Numbered from the stretch's first letter, positions 49,344-59,498 are shown. The stretch: DNA of 64,000 bases from Candidatus Peregrinibacteria bacterium (GCA_963708185.1 OY970195.1:448001-512000), one strand, 5' to 3'. Notes: generated by a model not told the origin, from the letters alone. Made by a program: numbers and translations.

Positions 49344-51708
49344 GCCACTTTGGCAACACTTTTGCCTGCTGGATCCCGGGAATCTTTCTGATGCGCTCGA
49401 GATCGTGGAGGTTGAATTTTCCCATGTAGAGGTCTTCCACTTTTCCGCCTTCTGCGACGAATCGTTCGACGTCCCTTTCTCCGGAAAAATAGATGTAATC
49501 TTTCGTAAAAGCTCCAGCCAAAGAAGTGTCGTTCAATCCGCGCTTCAGTTTCAAACAGATTTTGAAGGCCTTCGTCTGGGAAAGTCCGTAGTTCATTAAT
49601 TTCAGGAAAAGATCTGCAAAAGACAACTGGAAGGCCAGCTCCGTTGCCTTAACCAGTGAAGCCTTATAAACACGGTCTGCTTCTTTTTCAAGCCCCTGCG
49701 TTTTGACGTTATAGAGAGCCAGCCCTTCCTGGGTGGACAAATATTCCGAAAACCCGCGGTTAAAGAGTTTGTAGGGCTGATGTTTTCCGTTCTCCGCCGT
49801 CAGGATATGCGTCTCTATTTCATGAACGACAAGACTTTTGACTCTCGATGATGAAAATTTAGCGGATTTTTTGACGAACAGCTGGTTGTTTTTTCCGGCG
49901 ACGCAGTTGGTGACGAGATTGTCTTTCAATACGACTTTCCACTGATCTAGATGGTAATCCTGGAACACCTGCATGAAAATTTTCCTGGCCGCTGCGGCGT
50001 CGACATCCTCCTTTTCTTCTTCGAACGTTTTTTTTATCTTCAGGGTTTCCTCGGCCAAGGAAAGATGCTCTTTGTTAGGTTTTCCGAAAAGCTCCACTGA
50101 ATTCAGCGTAAACGACTGCTGCCCGCGTGACAGGTGAAGGTCGATCTTTTTCTGGATCTCTTTGCTTTTTTTGAAGAAAAGAATTCCCAGGGAAGTGTCG
50201 TCGAAAATAATGCTGGACAGTTGTTTTTTGAGATCGTCGGGATCGTAGCGAAGTTCAGGATACGTGAACTGGGGGTTGTATGAGAAATCCTGAAAAAACT
50301 TTTTGGTTTCCTCTTCCAGATTTATGGGTCTCAGGTAGTACAAGAGTTTTATCTTATTGTCGATGCTGATGAGCTGGTCATCGATGGCGTGGTAATCGAT
50401 ACTTTTTGTAATTTTCTGGACTGTTTTTTTTGTTTTGCGTTTTTTTGACGGATCGATAAGAAAGTTCTCGCCAAGATCACGCTGCCCGATGATAATCTTG
50501 TAATTTTCGTCGGTAATTTTTTCCACGTCGAAGATACTCTGGATTCTTTTTCCGGCGATGGACAGCTTGAGCTTGAGCGTGGATTTTTCGTCATCGTATA
50601 CCTCGTGGTCTTCAAGAAGGCCGTTCTCGTTGGCGAAATCCTCGTCGACGACACTCCTCTCCCTGCTGGTATCGAGAAACGCCATTGCTTTTTTTGTCTG
50701 ATCTTTCATGATAACTTCCACGTTCTCTTCCACGCTGACGATTTTTTTCTCAATCGGTTCAGATGAATTTTTTTCAGCGGTTTTCCCGAACATTTCTTTG
50801 GCGATGCGGATGCCTTTACTTACCGTCCTGATCTTGAGTCCCTTGATACGTTCAAGTCGTTTGCGCAGAGGCGCAAGGTTGGCTATTTGTACACTGAGTC
50901 CTGCTCTGGCATTAATCTCGAGGAGAATGGGCCCGTGTGCCTTATCAACCGCGATGTCGGCGGCAAGATATCCCAGATTGGTGGCGACTTGCGCCTGGCA
51001 GGCGATATTGAGCATTTTGTCCCAGTCAGGAATTTTCACTCCACGTACTTTGCCGACTTTCGGTATTTCAGTAATGATGCGGTTGTGGTAAATGGCGTTG
51101 GTCGTCACTCCCCTGGCGATATCGATGCCGACGCCTATGGCTCCCTGGTGAAGATTGGCTTTCCCCCGGGACTCTTCGGTCGGCAGACGGAGCATGGCCA
51201 TGACCGGAATAAGGTTGTGGACAATGATGCGGATGTCGGGCAGGCCTTTGTATGAGAGAGCTCCGAGGGTTTCGTCAGGAATGATGAGCTGTTCGAAAAA
51301 AGCTTTATCGTTAAGGTTGGTCACGGAAAAGCGTCCGTCGAGAATGTCCTGAATGTGTTTCTGGATCCTTTTCAAAGTATATTTTTCCTTGTCGATGGTG
51401 ATCCAGTACTTGTCCTGCTTTTCAATGATCGGAATAATGCCCTCACCGCCGTATCCAAGATTCGGCTTGATAACAAAGCTTTCCGGCAATTGTTCAAAAT
51501 CAAACTTCCAGAGGTTTTCGATGCTGTCGATGACGCCGTAAAGTTTAGGAACCGGAATCCCGCGTGCCGAAAGAAAAGCTTTTGTTTTCAGTTTGTCGTC
51601 GGCGATAAGAACCGATTTATCGGCATTATACGGTTTGATATACAAAAGGTTGCGCGCGTTGATGCCGAGCACACCTGGGTTTTTGAAATATTTGAGGAAA
51701 AATGACAT
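49333..51708 (-). CDS. Fusion of alpha-L-glutamate ligase-like ATP-grasp, retropepsin-like domain and DUF1704 (QEGLA/MATCAP-like) metallocarboxypeptidase
   Basis: GINARN, DDKLKTK, AMLRLPT..S.GKANLHQGA, LEINAR; FLDTSR...IIGQRDL..FLIDP; HEIETH, QEGLA, KDYIY. Confidence 0.85.
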   Translation of the reverse strand: MSFFLKYFKNPGVLGINARNLLYIKPYNADKSVLIADDKLKTKAFLSARGIPVPKLYGVIDSIENLWKFDFEQLPESFVIKPNLGYGGEGIIPIIEKQDKYWITIDKEKYTLKRIQKHIQDILDGRFSVTNLNDKAFFEQLIIPDETLGALSYKGLPDIRIIVHNLIPVMAMLRLPTEESRGKANLHQGAIGVGIDIARGVTTNAIYHNRIITEIPKVGKVRGVKIPDWDKMLNIACQAQVATNLGYLAADIAVDKAHGPILLEINARAGLSVQIANLAPLRKRLERIKGLKIRTVSKGIRIAKEMFGKTAEKNSSEPIEKKIVSVEENVEVIMKDQTKKAMAFLDTSRERSVVDEDFANENGLLEDHEVYDDEKSTLKLKLSIAGKRIQSIFDVEKITDENYKIIIGQRDLGENFLIDPSKKRKTKKTVQKITKSIDYHAIDDQLISIDNKIKLLYYLRPINLEEETKKFFQDFSYNPQFTYPELRYDPDDLKKQLSSIIFDDTSLGILFFKKSKEIQKKIDLHLSRGQQSFTLNSVELFGKPNKEHLSLAEETLKIKKTFEEEKEDVDAAAARKIFMQVFQDYHLDQWKVVLKDNLVTNCVAGKNNQLFVKKSAKFSSSRVKSLVVHEIETHILTAENGKHQPYKLFNRGFSEYLSTQEGLALYNVKTQGLEKEADRVYKASLVKATELAFQLSFADLFLKLMNYGLSQTKAFKICLKLKRGLNDTSLAGAFTKDYIYFSGERDVERFVAEGGKVEDLYMGKFNLHDLERIRKIPGIQQAKVLPKWLTK

Positions 51709-53279
51709 TATTCTTCTTCGTTATGGTGGAAGACTTCACGGAAACGAATGAATTCAACCAGGCGAAGGCCGCTCCATCTTCCAAGGGCGATATTGATGAT
51801 AAGAAACAAGAAGATGGCTTCCGGATAATGCCTCATAAAGTTTTTCAGCGTATCCCACTGAAAGTTGAAAAAACCCAAGTCGATCTGGCCGCCAACCGCG
51901 ATGTACGCGACGACGGCGATGATGACCGTTTGCAGGGTAAGCCAAAGGGTTTTCCAGATGCCGGATTCGGACTGGATACTGGTGAATTTTTCAGTGATGC
52001 TGCCAAGGATAAGCATAGGAAAGATGGCCAAAGAGAAGAACTGACTGTCGAAAAGCTTGAAAATGGTTCCCAAAATCAACAATGCGAAGAGCGACAGGGT
52101 GATCATGATCATAACCACGGCAAGCTTTGGCATAAAGAGAAGATGCGCTTTTTTCAAAATGAATCTCGTCGTCATGCCAACGATCAAAGCCGTTACCAGG
52201 GTGAGCAGTCCGAACTTCAATCCGAGAATAAGAAAAGTCAGGCACATGATCAACGGCGTATACATACCGAAGGTGTTCATGCCGACGATCTGGCGCATGA
52301 TGACGATGATCGTGGCGATAATCGGCAACATCAGGATGAGCACGATGGTGTTGTCGGGGATTCCGCTTTCAACAAGAAAGTTCACGAAATACGTCATGAA
52401 ATTCCAGATACTTAGTCTCCTTGAAGCCTCATCGAAAAATTTAAATTCGTATCCCCCCTGTTGCAGTTCTTTGATCACCGTGTTTTCCTCGCTCGAAACG
52501 ATGACATAGAGCCCCGCTTCCTTTGCAATAATGATCTGTTTGGGGTTAAAGCCCTGGAACGGGGGAGTAAAAACGACTTTATCGATGTCGTTGTCGATGA
52601 TGTAAAGGTTTTTATCGTTAAGTATCTTGGCCTTGGTGTCCTGATTTTCCTTGATGAAGCGGTTGAGGGTATTTATGCCCACGTTATCGTTCGTCCAGAG
52701 AATGATTTCATCGCTTCGATTGAGAGCTTCAGGGTTTTCGTCCATGGATTTCGTGAGGGCCTCTTCGGAAATAAATTCAGAAGCACTGTCGAAGCTTTCC
52801 AGGACATTAAGCTCCACACCCTCGTTCTGGGCAACATTTTTAAGATTTTCGATCTGGTCTTTTTTATCGGTCTGATCCGTCAGCATCAAAATGGACTTCT
52901 TGTAGATGAAAATGTCCGTTTCGGTCTTAAAATCCTGATTTTCACTCGAAATATCCAAGTTGACGTGGAAGGTTCCGGTATCTTTATAGGTGTGCGTCAA
53001 ATTCACCCCTTCCTTTTTTGTACCGTCACCAAAATCCCAGTGGTACACCGCTTTGGCGGGATCACCGGGTAAAATGCTCTTTGAGGCGTCAAAAACGACG
53101 TTTTTTTCGACTTCCGCTGACGAATTGACGTCGATTTCGGCCTGGTAAGCTTGATTTTTATCAGAAATGTTTTGGGATAACCCTAGGACAGGGGTCACTG
53201 CCCAAAGAAGCAATGCCAATATTGCGGTATATTTTATGCCTTTTTTGTGCTGTTTCTCGTGCATTTTACGATTTTTCAT
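51708..53279 (-). CDS. PKD-domain protein with C-terminal 7TM domain of the inactive-transglutaminase-associated type
   Basis: Signal peptide, FDAS/WDFGDG PKD, LPIIA...RQIVG..TFG.Y.P, ALGRWSGLRL.EF.RF; TAATG overlap with the ligase. Confidence 0.85.
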   Translation of the reverse strand: MKNRKMHEKQHKKGIKYTAILALLLWAVTPVLGLSQNISDKNQAYQAEIDVNSSAEVEKNVVFDASKSILPGDPAKAVYHWDFGDGTKKEGVNLTHTYKDTGTFHVNLDISSENQDFKTETDIFIYKKSILMLTDQTDKKDQIENLKNVAQNEGVELNVLESFDSASEFISEEALTKSMDENPEALNRSDEIILWTNDNVGINTLNRFIKENQDTKAKILNDKNLYIIDNDIDKVVFTPPFQGFNPKQIIIAKEAGLYVIVSSEENTVIKELQQGGYEFKFFDEASRRLSIWNFMTYFVNFLVESGIPDNTIVLILMLPIIATIIVIMRQIVGMNTFGMYTPLIMCLTFLILGLKFGLLTLVTALIVGMTTRFILKKAHLLFMPKLAVVMIMITLSLFALLILGTIFKLFDSQFFSLAIFPMLILGSITEKFTSIQSESGIWKTLWLTLQTVIIAVVAYIAVGGQIDLGFFNFQWDTLKNFMRHYPEAIFLFLIINIALGRWSGLRLVEFIRFREVFHHNEEE

Positions 53280-53410
53280 AGCTCTTCGCTGTGACTCTAC
53301 GTATATTAGCTTTTTTGAGAATAGTAGCAAGGGGTAAACATTTTGCTGCTGGGCTTTTCAAAAGTGCCTTTTTTTGGTATAATTATTAGATAAAAATAAA
53401 CATCAAACCT

Positions 53411-55615
53411 ATGAATACAACACAAAAAAACATTTTGGCGGTTATCTCTCTCTTGGCGCTTTCATTTTCACAACCGGTGTTCGCAGCACCACAAGCAGTT
53501 GAGGGCTATGGTTCTGATACAATCGCCGGATATGAAACTTTGTTAAAATCCAGTACGGTTTCGGCATGGCAGGACGTTACTTTCCATGTTGCCAAACCGG
53601 ACGGAACCGTTGTAAGTCTCAACGCGAACAGCGGAGCGAACGGCGTGGCGAAAGCAACTTTGTCTGATTATCACACGACGACAGCCGGCCAATATAAGGT
53701 CGGGGCGTCTTTGGGAAGCAACAATAACGTTTCGAGCGGTTCAGTCCATAATTTTACCATTCTCCCGGATAAAGTTTCTGCTGACCAATCGACTGTTGCC
53801 ATTGATAAAACCGTCATACAGCCCGGTTCTCAGGATTTTGCCAAACTTACCGTCCAGCTGACCGACAAGTATCATAATCCCGTGTCGAATCATCTTGTTC
53901 AGGTTTTTTCAACAAGGACTCAAGATAAAATATCGACGGTCTCCACGAACGGGATGACCGATGCCAAAGGAAATATTGCTTTCAACCTCAGCTCTTCGGA
54001 CAAAGGGGTTTCAGAATATTCTGTTCTCGATTCCACCTCGGGGGTGATGCTTTCCCACAAGATCGACGTGGCTTATGTGGCCGGATCTGATCTTATGGCA
54101 GATGCTGGAGGAGAGTTCCCTTTCTTCATTGATACCGCAAACGCAGCGGCCGGGACTCTTCATCATTTTGAAATTTCAGGTCTTCCCGACGGTATTCAAC
54201 CGAATCAAAGCGTCAATTTTACCGTTACGGCCCAGGATGACACCAATCAGACGGTTCAGAACTATACCGGTACCGTTCATTTTTCAGCACAGGGTTCAAA
54301 CAGCGCCAATGTCACGCTCCCAGAAGATTATACTTTTAAAGCTGAAGACCTTGGGACCCATCAGTTCAGCCTTGGGCTCAGTTTCAGCTCAGCCGGTGAT
54401 TACACCATTGTGGCAACGGATTTATCCAATACCCTTATTCAGGGGACCAAAGACGTCACGATCGGCGGAGGCGGATCAACTCAACAGTCATCGAACGCAA
54501 ATATCACCGTTGATTCCCCGGTAGCAGGAACTTACAGTCAGAAGACTCAGACCATCAGCGGAAAGGCCCAGTCGGGAGATACGGTGAAGATTTACGACAA
54601 CCAGCAGGAGATCGGAAGCGTCCAGGCAAGCGGTGACGGAACGTATTCCTACCAGTCCTCTCCCCTGAGTGACGGTCAGCACAGCATTTATGCCGTCATG
54701 TATGATAATACTCAGACCGCACAGGGGACATCGAATACCGTAGAGTTCAGTATTGATACGACTCCGCCGACCGCGGATGAAATTGTTCTCGATCCGAGTT
54801 CGGGGATCACGCCCGGGACTCCGATCAACGTCTCTGTCACCAGTGAGCAGAACCTTTCACAGGCGGCGATTGTTTTCAATGGCGATATCGTAACGCTTAA
54901 TCCAAGTCTCGATGATCCGAGTACCTACATTGCCACCATTCAGGCTCCTGATACTCCGGGCGTCTATCCGATTGATGTCTTGATCGTCGACCAGCTTGGT
55001 AACGAAGGCTCTTATAAAGGGAAAGCCCAGGTTACCGTTGAAGGTGCCGCTCCGACCGAACAGCAAAGCCAACAGACCCAGGTGGCCACGCAGGAGCAGA
55101 CGCAGCAGCCAACCCAGGAGGTCGCTCCTCCCCCGGCCAACACGGCTCCTTCCAAAGTTTCCGGCCTCTTGACCTATGCCGGTGATAAGAAGATCACTCT
55201 GGTTTGGGACGCCGCTTCGGACAGTGAAACCTATGTCCAGCATTATCGTATTTATTACGGCACCGATCCTCGCAATCTTGATCTTTACGTGGACACGAAA
55301 GATGCGAGCACGACCTGGTACGTCCCGAATCTTGAAAACGGCAAGGAGTATTATTTTGCTGTCAGCGCGTTTGATACCGAAGGCATGGAAAGCTCCGGTT
55401 TGAGTGAAGTTGTGAGCGGCATCCCGTTTACAACTGAAGTTGCTTCACTCGGTCAGGTTTCAGGGCCTTTGCAGCCAGCGACTCACCCGGCTGCTGGAGA
55501 ACTCGTGACTCCGCCGACAACGACCAAGAGCGGGCCTGAACTGCTTTGGGTCCTTGCAGGAAGCGGTTTGTTCGGAGGAGCTCTCAAAAAGCTGCGCCGA
55601 AAGAAGAAAAAATAA
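53411..55615 (+). CDS. Surface protein with Ig-like (Big) domains, FN3 and C-terminal sorting signal
   Basis: Signal peptide AFA-like, D.Y.NPV invasin-type repeat, IDTTPP, FN3 (LVW...YRIYYG...LENGKEYYFAVSA), TKSGPE+TM+KKLRRKKKK. Confidence 0.85.
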   Translation: MNTTQKNILAVISLLALSFSQPVFAAPQAVEGYGSDTIAGYETLLKSSTVSAWQDVTFHVAKPDGTVVSLNANSGANGVAKATLSDYHTTTAGQYKVGASLGSNNNVSSGSVHNFTILPDKVSADQSTVAIDKTVIQPGSQDFAKLTVQLTDKYHNPVSNHLVQVFSTRTQDKISTVSTNGMTDAKGNIAFNLSSSDKGVSEYSVLDSTSGVMLSHKIDVAYVAGSDLMADAGGEFPFFIDTANAAAGTLHHFEISGLPDGIQPNQSVNFTVTAQDDTNQTVQNYTGTVHFSAQGSNSANVTLPEDYTFKAEDLGTHQFSLGLSFSSAGDYTIVATDLSNTLIQGTKDVTIGGGGSTQQSSNANITVDSPVAGTYSQKTQTISGKAQSGDTVKIYDNQQEIGSVQASGDGTYSYQSSPLSDGQHSIYAVMYDNTQTAQGTSNTVEFSIDTTPPTADEIVLDPSSGITPGTPINVSVTSEQNLSQAAIVFNGDIVTLNPSLDDPSTYIATIQAPDTPGVYPIDVLIVDQLGNEGSYKGKAQVTVEGAAPTEQQSQQTQVATQEQTQQPTQEVAPPPANTAPSKVSGLLTYAGDKKITLVWDAASDSETYVQHYRIYYGTDPRNLDLYVDTKDASTTWYVPNLENGKEYYFAVSAFDTEGMESSGLSEVVSGIPFTTEVASLGQVSGPLQPATHPAAGELVTPPTTTKSGPELLWVLAGSGLFGGALKKLRRKKKK

Positions 55616-55721
55616 ACGCCGGTTTTCTTTCCTGAACCCAGGGATCCGGGGACTTCCTCAGATTATTTTAGATTTTTCGAAGACTCCTGTTATAATCCTG
55701 GTGTTGTCTTTACGAGTTTTT

Positions 55722-55988
55722 ATGGTGACTCTTTATATCGGAGCGTTCGTCAAAATCTTTTTTAATCTGCTGAGTTTTCTTATTATCGTCCGGGTCCTGC
55801 TTTCCTGGTTTCCGAGACGTCCGCACAATGCCCTCTTTGATTTTATTTTTGACGTCACCCGCCCGGTGTTGAACCTGGCAAAGAGAGTCATTCCGCCGAT
55901 CGGCATGATCGATCTTTCCCCCATTGTTGCCCTGATTGCCCTGGATATTTTACAGACCATCATTTTAGCCCTTTTAAACGTCGGTTGA
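55722..55988 (+). CDS. yggT: YggT family membrane protein
   Basis: RVLLSWF, T.P.L, PPIGMIDLSPIVA. Confidence 0.92.
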   Translation: MVTLYIGAFVKIFFNLLSFLIIVRVLLSWFPRRPHNALFDFIFDVTRPVLNLAKRVIPPIGMIDLSPIVALIALDILQTIILALLNVG

Positions 55989-55992
55989 ATTT

Positions 55993-57381
55993 ATGCACAT
56001 TTACAATACTCTTAACGCACAAAAGGAACCGTTGCAGCCGATAAATGGCAAAAAAGTTGGCATGTACCTCTGCGGTCCGACCGTCTATGATTTCGCCCAT
56101 TTGGGGCACGGTCGTTCTGCGGTATCTTTTGACATCATCCGACGGTATCTCATCTTCAAAGGTTACGACGTAACTTTCGTTTCCAATTACACGGACATTG
56201 ACGATAAAATGATCAACCGTGCTGAGATGATGAAGATCAGCGTCAAGGAACTCTCTGAAAAGATCATCCCCGAGTATGAAAAAGACTACGGCGCATTGGG
56301 GATCTTGGTTCCTGATGTTTTACCCCGGGCAACCGATCACGTAGAACAGATGATAGAAATGATCGGATTGCTGGAGAAAAAAGGTGCGACTTACGTCCTC
56401 GATGACGGTGTTTACTTTGATATTTCTAAATTTCCTGAATACGGCAAACTGTCGAAGCAGGACCTTGACGCCCTCAAAAGCGGCGTGAGAGTTGAAGTCA
56501 AAGCCTCAAAGAGGCATCCTCAGGATTTTGTCCTCTGGAAATTTTCCAAACCCGGAGAACCCGAATGGCAAAGTCCGTGGGGGAAAGGCCGCCCCGGCTG
56601 GCACATTGAATGCAGCGCCATGAGCAGAAGATACCTCGGTGATACCTTCGAAATTCACGGAGGAGGTTCGGATCTCATTTTTCCGCATCATGAATGTGAA
56701 ATCGCGCAGAGCGAATGCGCTCTTGAAAAACCTTTCGCAAGGTACTGGCTGCATAACGGATTCATTCAAATCAACAATGAAAAAATGTCCAAGTCTCTCG
56801 GCAATTTCTTTTTGCTGAGGGATGTTTTCGTTAAATATCCGCCGCAAGCTGTAAGGTATTTGTTTCTGCAGACCCATTACCGTTCGCCGATCGAGTTTAC
56901 TGACGAACTTTTGTCCCAGGCAAAAAACAGCCTGGCTCGTCTGCAGGATTTCATGAAGAGACTCGAAAATTATGTCCCCGCGGTTCAGAACGCAAAACAG
57001 AACGATTTTGAGGATGAGATCCTAGACTGCCAAAAGCGTTTTGAAGACGCCATGAACGATGACTTCGAAACTCCACAGGCGTTAGCAGCCGTTTTTGATC
57101 TCGTCAAAGAGGTGAATCGCAGAATCGACAGCAAAACTCTGACGAGAATTTCACAGGAATCGGCCATGACGTTCCTGATGCGCATTGACGCCATACTGGG
57201 AATCCTCGTTTCGACGCAAAGTGAAAAAATAGATACGGAAATAACTTCGTTGATCGAACAGCGTGAAAGTGCACGCAAAAACAAAGACTGGAAAACTTCG
57301 GACGAGATTCGCGATGAACTTTTGAAACGTGGCATACAGCTTGAAGACACGCCGCAGGGCACGGTCTGGAAAAAGCTCTAA
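55993..57381 (+). CDS. cysS: Cysteinyl-tRNA synthetase
   Basis: CGPTVY, HLGH, PGWHIECSAM, KMSKS. Confidence 0.98.
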   Translation: MHIYNTLNAQKEPLQPINGKKVGMYLCGPTVYDFAHLGHGRSAVSFDIIRRYLIFKGYDVTFVSNYTDIDDKMINRAEMMKISVKELSEKIIPEYEKDYGALGILVPDVLPRATDHVEQMIEMIGLLEKKGATYVLDDGVYFDISKFPEYGKLSKQDLDALKSGVRVEVKASKRHPQDFVLWKFSKPGEPEWQSPWGKGRPGWHIECSAMSRRYLGDTFEIHGGGSDLIFPHHECEIAQSECALEKPFARYWLHNGFIQINNEKMSKSLGNFFLLRDVFVKYPPQAVRYLFLQTHYRSPIEFTDELLSQAKNSLARLQDFMKRLENYVPAVQNAKQNDFEDEILDCQKRFEDAMNDDFETPQALAAVFDLVKEVNRRIDSKTLTRISQESAMTFLMRIDAILGILVSTQSEKIDTEITSLIEQRESARKNKDWKTSDEIRDELLKRGIQLEDTPQGTVWKKL

Positions 57382-57400
57382 ATGAGTTGGTGCTCGATTC

Positions 57401-58762
57401 CTATCGGTTCCGGGTCAACGATTCGGCAATCTTGTAAACGTCCCCCGCCCCCATGGTGATGATAACGTCGTAGTGGTTGTCTTTTTGAATAGTGTTTGCA
57501 GTGTTTTGAAGACCCTGCCCATTTTTTACGCGTTTGTGGTGTTTGGATATTTCCCTTACAAGCTTGTCGACGTTGATTTTTTTGATGTCGCTTTCCGAGT
57601 CCCTGACTCCATAAATGTTTGGGATGATGATTTCCGAGGCGTCTTGAAAAGCTTCAGCGAAATTTTTCAGCAACTTGTGGGTTCTGCTGAATTGATGTGG
57701 TTGGAAAACGCAAAGTATCTTTGCTTTTTTTCCGAACCTTTCTCGCGCAGCTTTTAACGTGGCTTTGATTTCCGTCGGGTGATGACCATAATCATCGAGA
57801 ACGATGGCTTTCCCGCAATATCCTACTGTTTCAAAACGACGGGACGATCCCTGGTAAGCTTTGAGCGCTTTCAGGCACAACGATATGGAGATTTTATGCT
57901 CTCCGGCCAGGGCGAGAACCGCAAGGGCGTTCATGAGATTGTGTTCTCCCGGAATGCTCAGTTTCAGCTCGGCTATCTTTTTGTTGCGGTGGTAAACGCT
58001 GTTTTTCTTCAAACGATAGTCGGAATCCTTTGCGTTTCCGAACCAGACGATTTTTGCTTTCCGGTAATTCTTGAGAATGCTCCTGATGTTTTTATCGTCG
58101 GCGTTGGCGATGACCATCCCGTCTTTGGGCAGTTTATGGACGAACTGGAGAAAAGCCTTCTTGTAATCGGCGAGATTTTTATAGTAATCGAGATGATCGG
58201 CTTCGACATTGGTGATGATGATCGTTTGCGGCCAGTAGTTGAGAAATCCCCGGCGGTATTCGCAGGATTCTATAATGAGGTCGGGGCCGTGTCCGTTGTG
58301 TGCGTTATGATGGTTCAATTCCTTGATGGAGGCCCCGACAATGACCGAAGGATCCTTGCCGGCTTTCATGAATACAGCGGCCCCCATCGCCGTAGTGGTG
58401 GTTTTCCCATGGGTCCCGCAGATGCAGATAGCGGATCTCGTACGGGTCAAAAGCCCCACGGCCTCAGGATACGAATATTCAGGAATGTGCCGTTTTTTTG
58501 CGGCGATCCTTTCCGGATTTTCCTCAGGAACCGCTGGGGAATAAATCACCAGCTGCGTTTTGGGAGGGATATTCGAAGCTTTTTGTCCGACCGAAATTTT
58601 TATCCTCTCTTTTTGAAGATTCCGTACGGCCGGGTTCATCTGTATATCTGAACCGCTGATGATTTTTTTCCGCGTTTTCAAAATCCTGGCCAGACCGCTC
58701 ATGCCGCTTCCGCCGATTCCAATGAAATGAATGTGTCTGGTGTTTTTCAGTTCGTCGTTCAT
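57401..58762 (-). CDS. murC: UDP-N-acetylmuramate--L-alanine ligase
   Basis: GIGGSGMSGLA, GTHGKTTTT, DHLDYY, DDYGHHPTE. Confidence 0.96.
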   Translation of the reverse strand: MNDELKNTRHIHFIGIGGSGMSGLARILKTRKKIISGSDIQMNPAVRNLQKERIKISVGQKASNIPPKTQLVIYSPAVPEENPERIAAKKRHIPEYSYPEAVGLLTRTRSAICICGTHGKTTTTAMGAAVFMKAGKDPSVIVGASIKELNHHNAHNGHGPDLIIESCEYRRGFLNYWPQTIIITNVEADHLDYYKNLADYKKAFLQFVHKLPKDGMVIANADDKNIRSILKNYRKAKIVWFGNAKDSDYRLKKNSVYHRNKKIAELKLSIPGEHNLMNALAVLALAGEHKISISLCLKALKAYQGSSRRFETVGYCGKAIVLDDYGHHPTEIKATLKAARERFGKKAKILCVFQPHQFSRTHKLLKNFAEAFQDASEIIIPNIYGVRDSESDIKKINVDKLVREISKHHKRVKNGQGLQNTANTIQKDNHYDVIITMGAGDVYKIAESLTRNR

Positions 58763-58861
58763 AGCCTCATCAGTCTAATACGCTTCACATCGGGTTCAAA
58801 GAAAAAATTGCGATTCCACCTTAAAAAGGGTATATTTCCCCTGCTTTAAGCTGATATCATC

Positions 58862-59278
58862 ATGGCTTTCCAGTTCAATCATACCTCGAATTTCACCAAA
58901 ATGATTATTATTATCGAATTTTTGGTTGTTTCCTATCTGCTTTATACGCTCACCAAATCGGTTTACCAGAGTTACCAGATCGATCAGCACATTACCCAAT
59001 TCAAGCAGGAGAACGATCAGATCGCCCAGCAGAACAAACAAAAAGAGGCCGATTACAGTTATTACAGTTCAGACGCCTATATCGAGAAGATTGCCAAACA
59101 AAACCTCGGCCTGGTGAACCCCGGAGAACAGGTCATCGTGATCCCAAATACTCCCGATAATCAGGTGCAGACAGCCGACACAACCCAGAATCAGTCTTCG
59201 GATGTCAGCATCCAGGCTCTGAGTAATCCCCAAAAATGGTGGAAATTTTTCTTTGACATTCGCCAGGAGACAAAGTAA
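58862..59278 (+). CDS. Septum formation initiator (FtsB/DivIC family)
   Basis: TM, coiled coil, YIEKIAKQNLGLVNPGE. Confidence 0.85.
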   Translation: MAFQFNHTSNFTKMIIIIEFLVVSYLLYTLTKSVYQSYQIDQHITQFKQENDQIAQQNKQKEADYSYYSSDAYIEKIAKQNLGLVNPGEQVIVIPNTPDNQVQTADTTQNQSSDVSIQALSNPQKWWKFFFDIRQETK

Positions 59279-59333
59279 ATTTCTTGTGCTTCTGGCAAGT
59301 TCGTTGTTTAAGGTATGAACGGTTGAAGTATGA

Positions 59334-59408
59334 CGCGGGGTAGAGCAGAGGCAGCTCGTCGGGCTCATAACCCGGAGGTCGGTGGTTCGAATCCACCCCC
59401 CGCAACCA
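59334..59408 (+). tRNA. Initiator tRNA-fMet(CAT)
   Basis: C1:A72 mismatch, GGG/CCC anticodon stem, CAT anticodon, CCA. Confidence 0.95.
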
Positions 59409-59421
59409 AATTTTTGTTTAT

Positions 59422-59498
59422 GGCTGGGTAGCTCAGCTGGTTAGAGCGTGGGACTCATAAGCCCAAGGTCGGCAGTTCGATCCTGCCCCCAGCTACCA
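59422..59498 (+). tRNA. tRNA with CAT anticodon, probably elongator Met (Ile2 not excluded)
   Basis: GGCTGGG/CCCAGCT acceptor stem, CTCATAA loop, GTTCGATCC, CCA. Confidence 0.9.

Noticed and set aside
57779-58651. Long antisense ORFs (e.g. 57779-58651, 62573-63451, 36015-36770, 51702-52415)
   Set aside because: Shadow frames opposite well-conserved genes, with no motifs of their own
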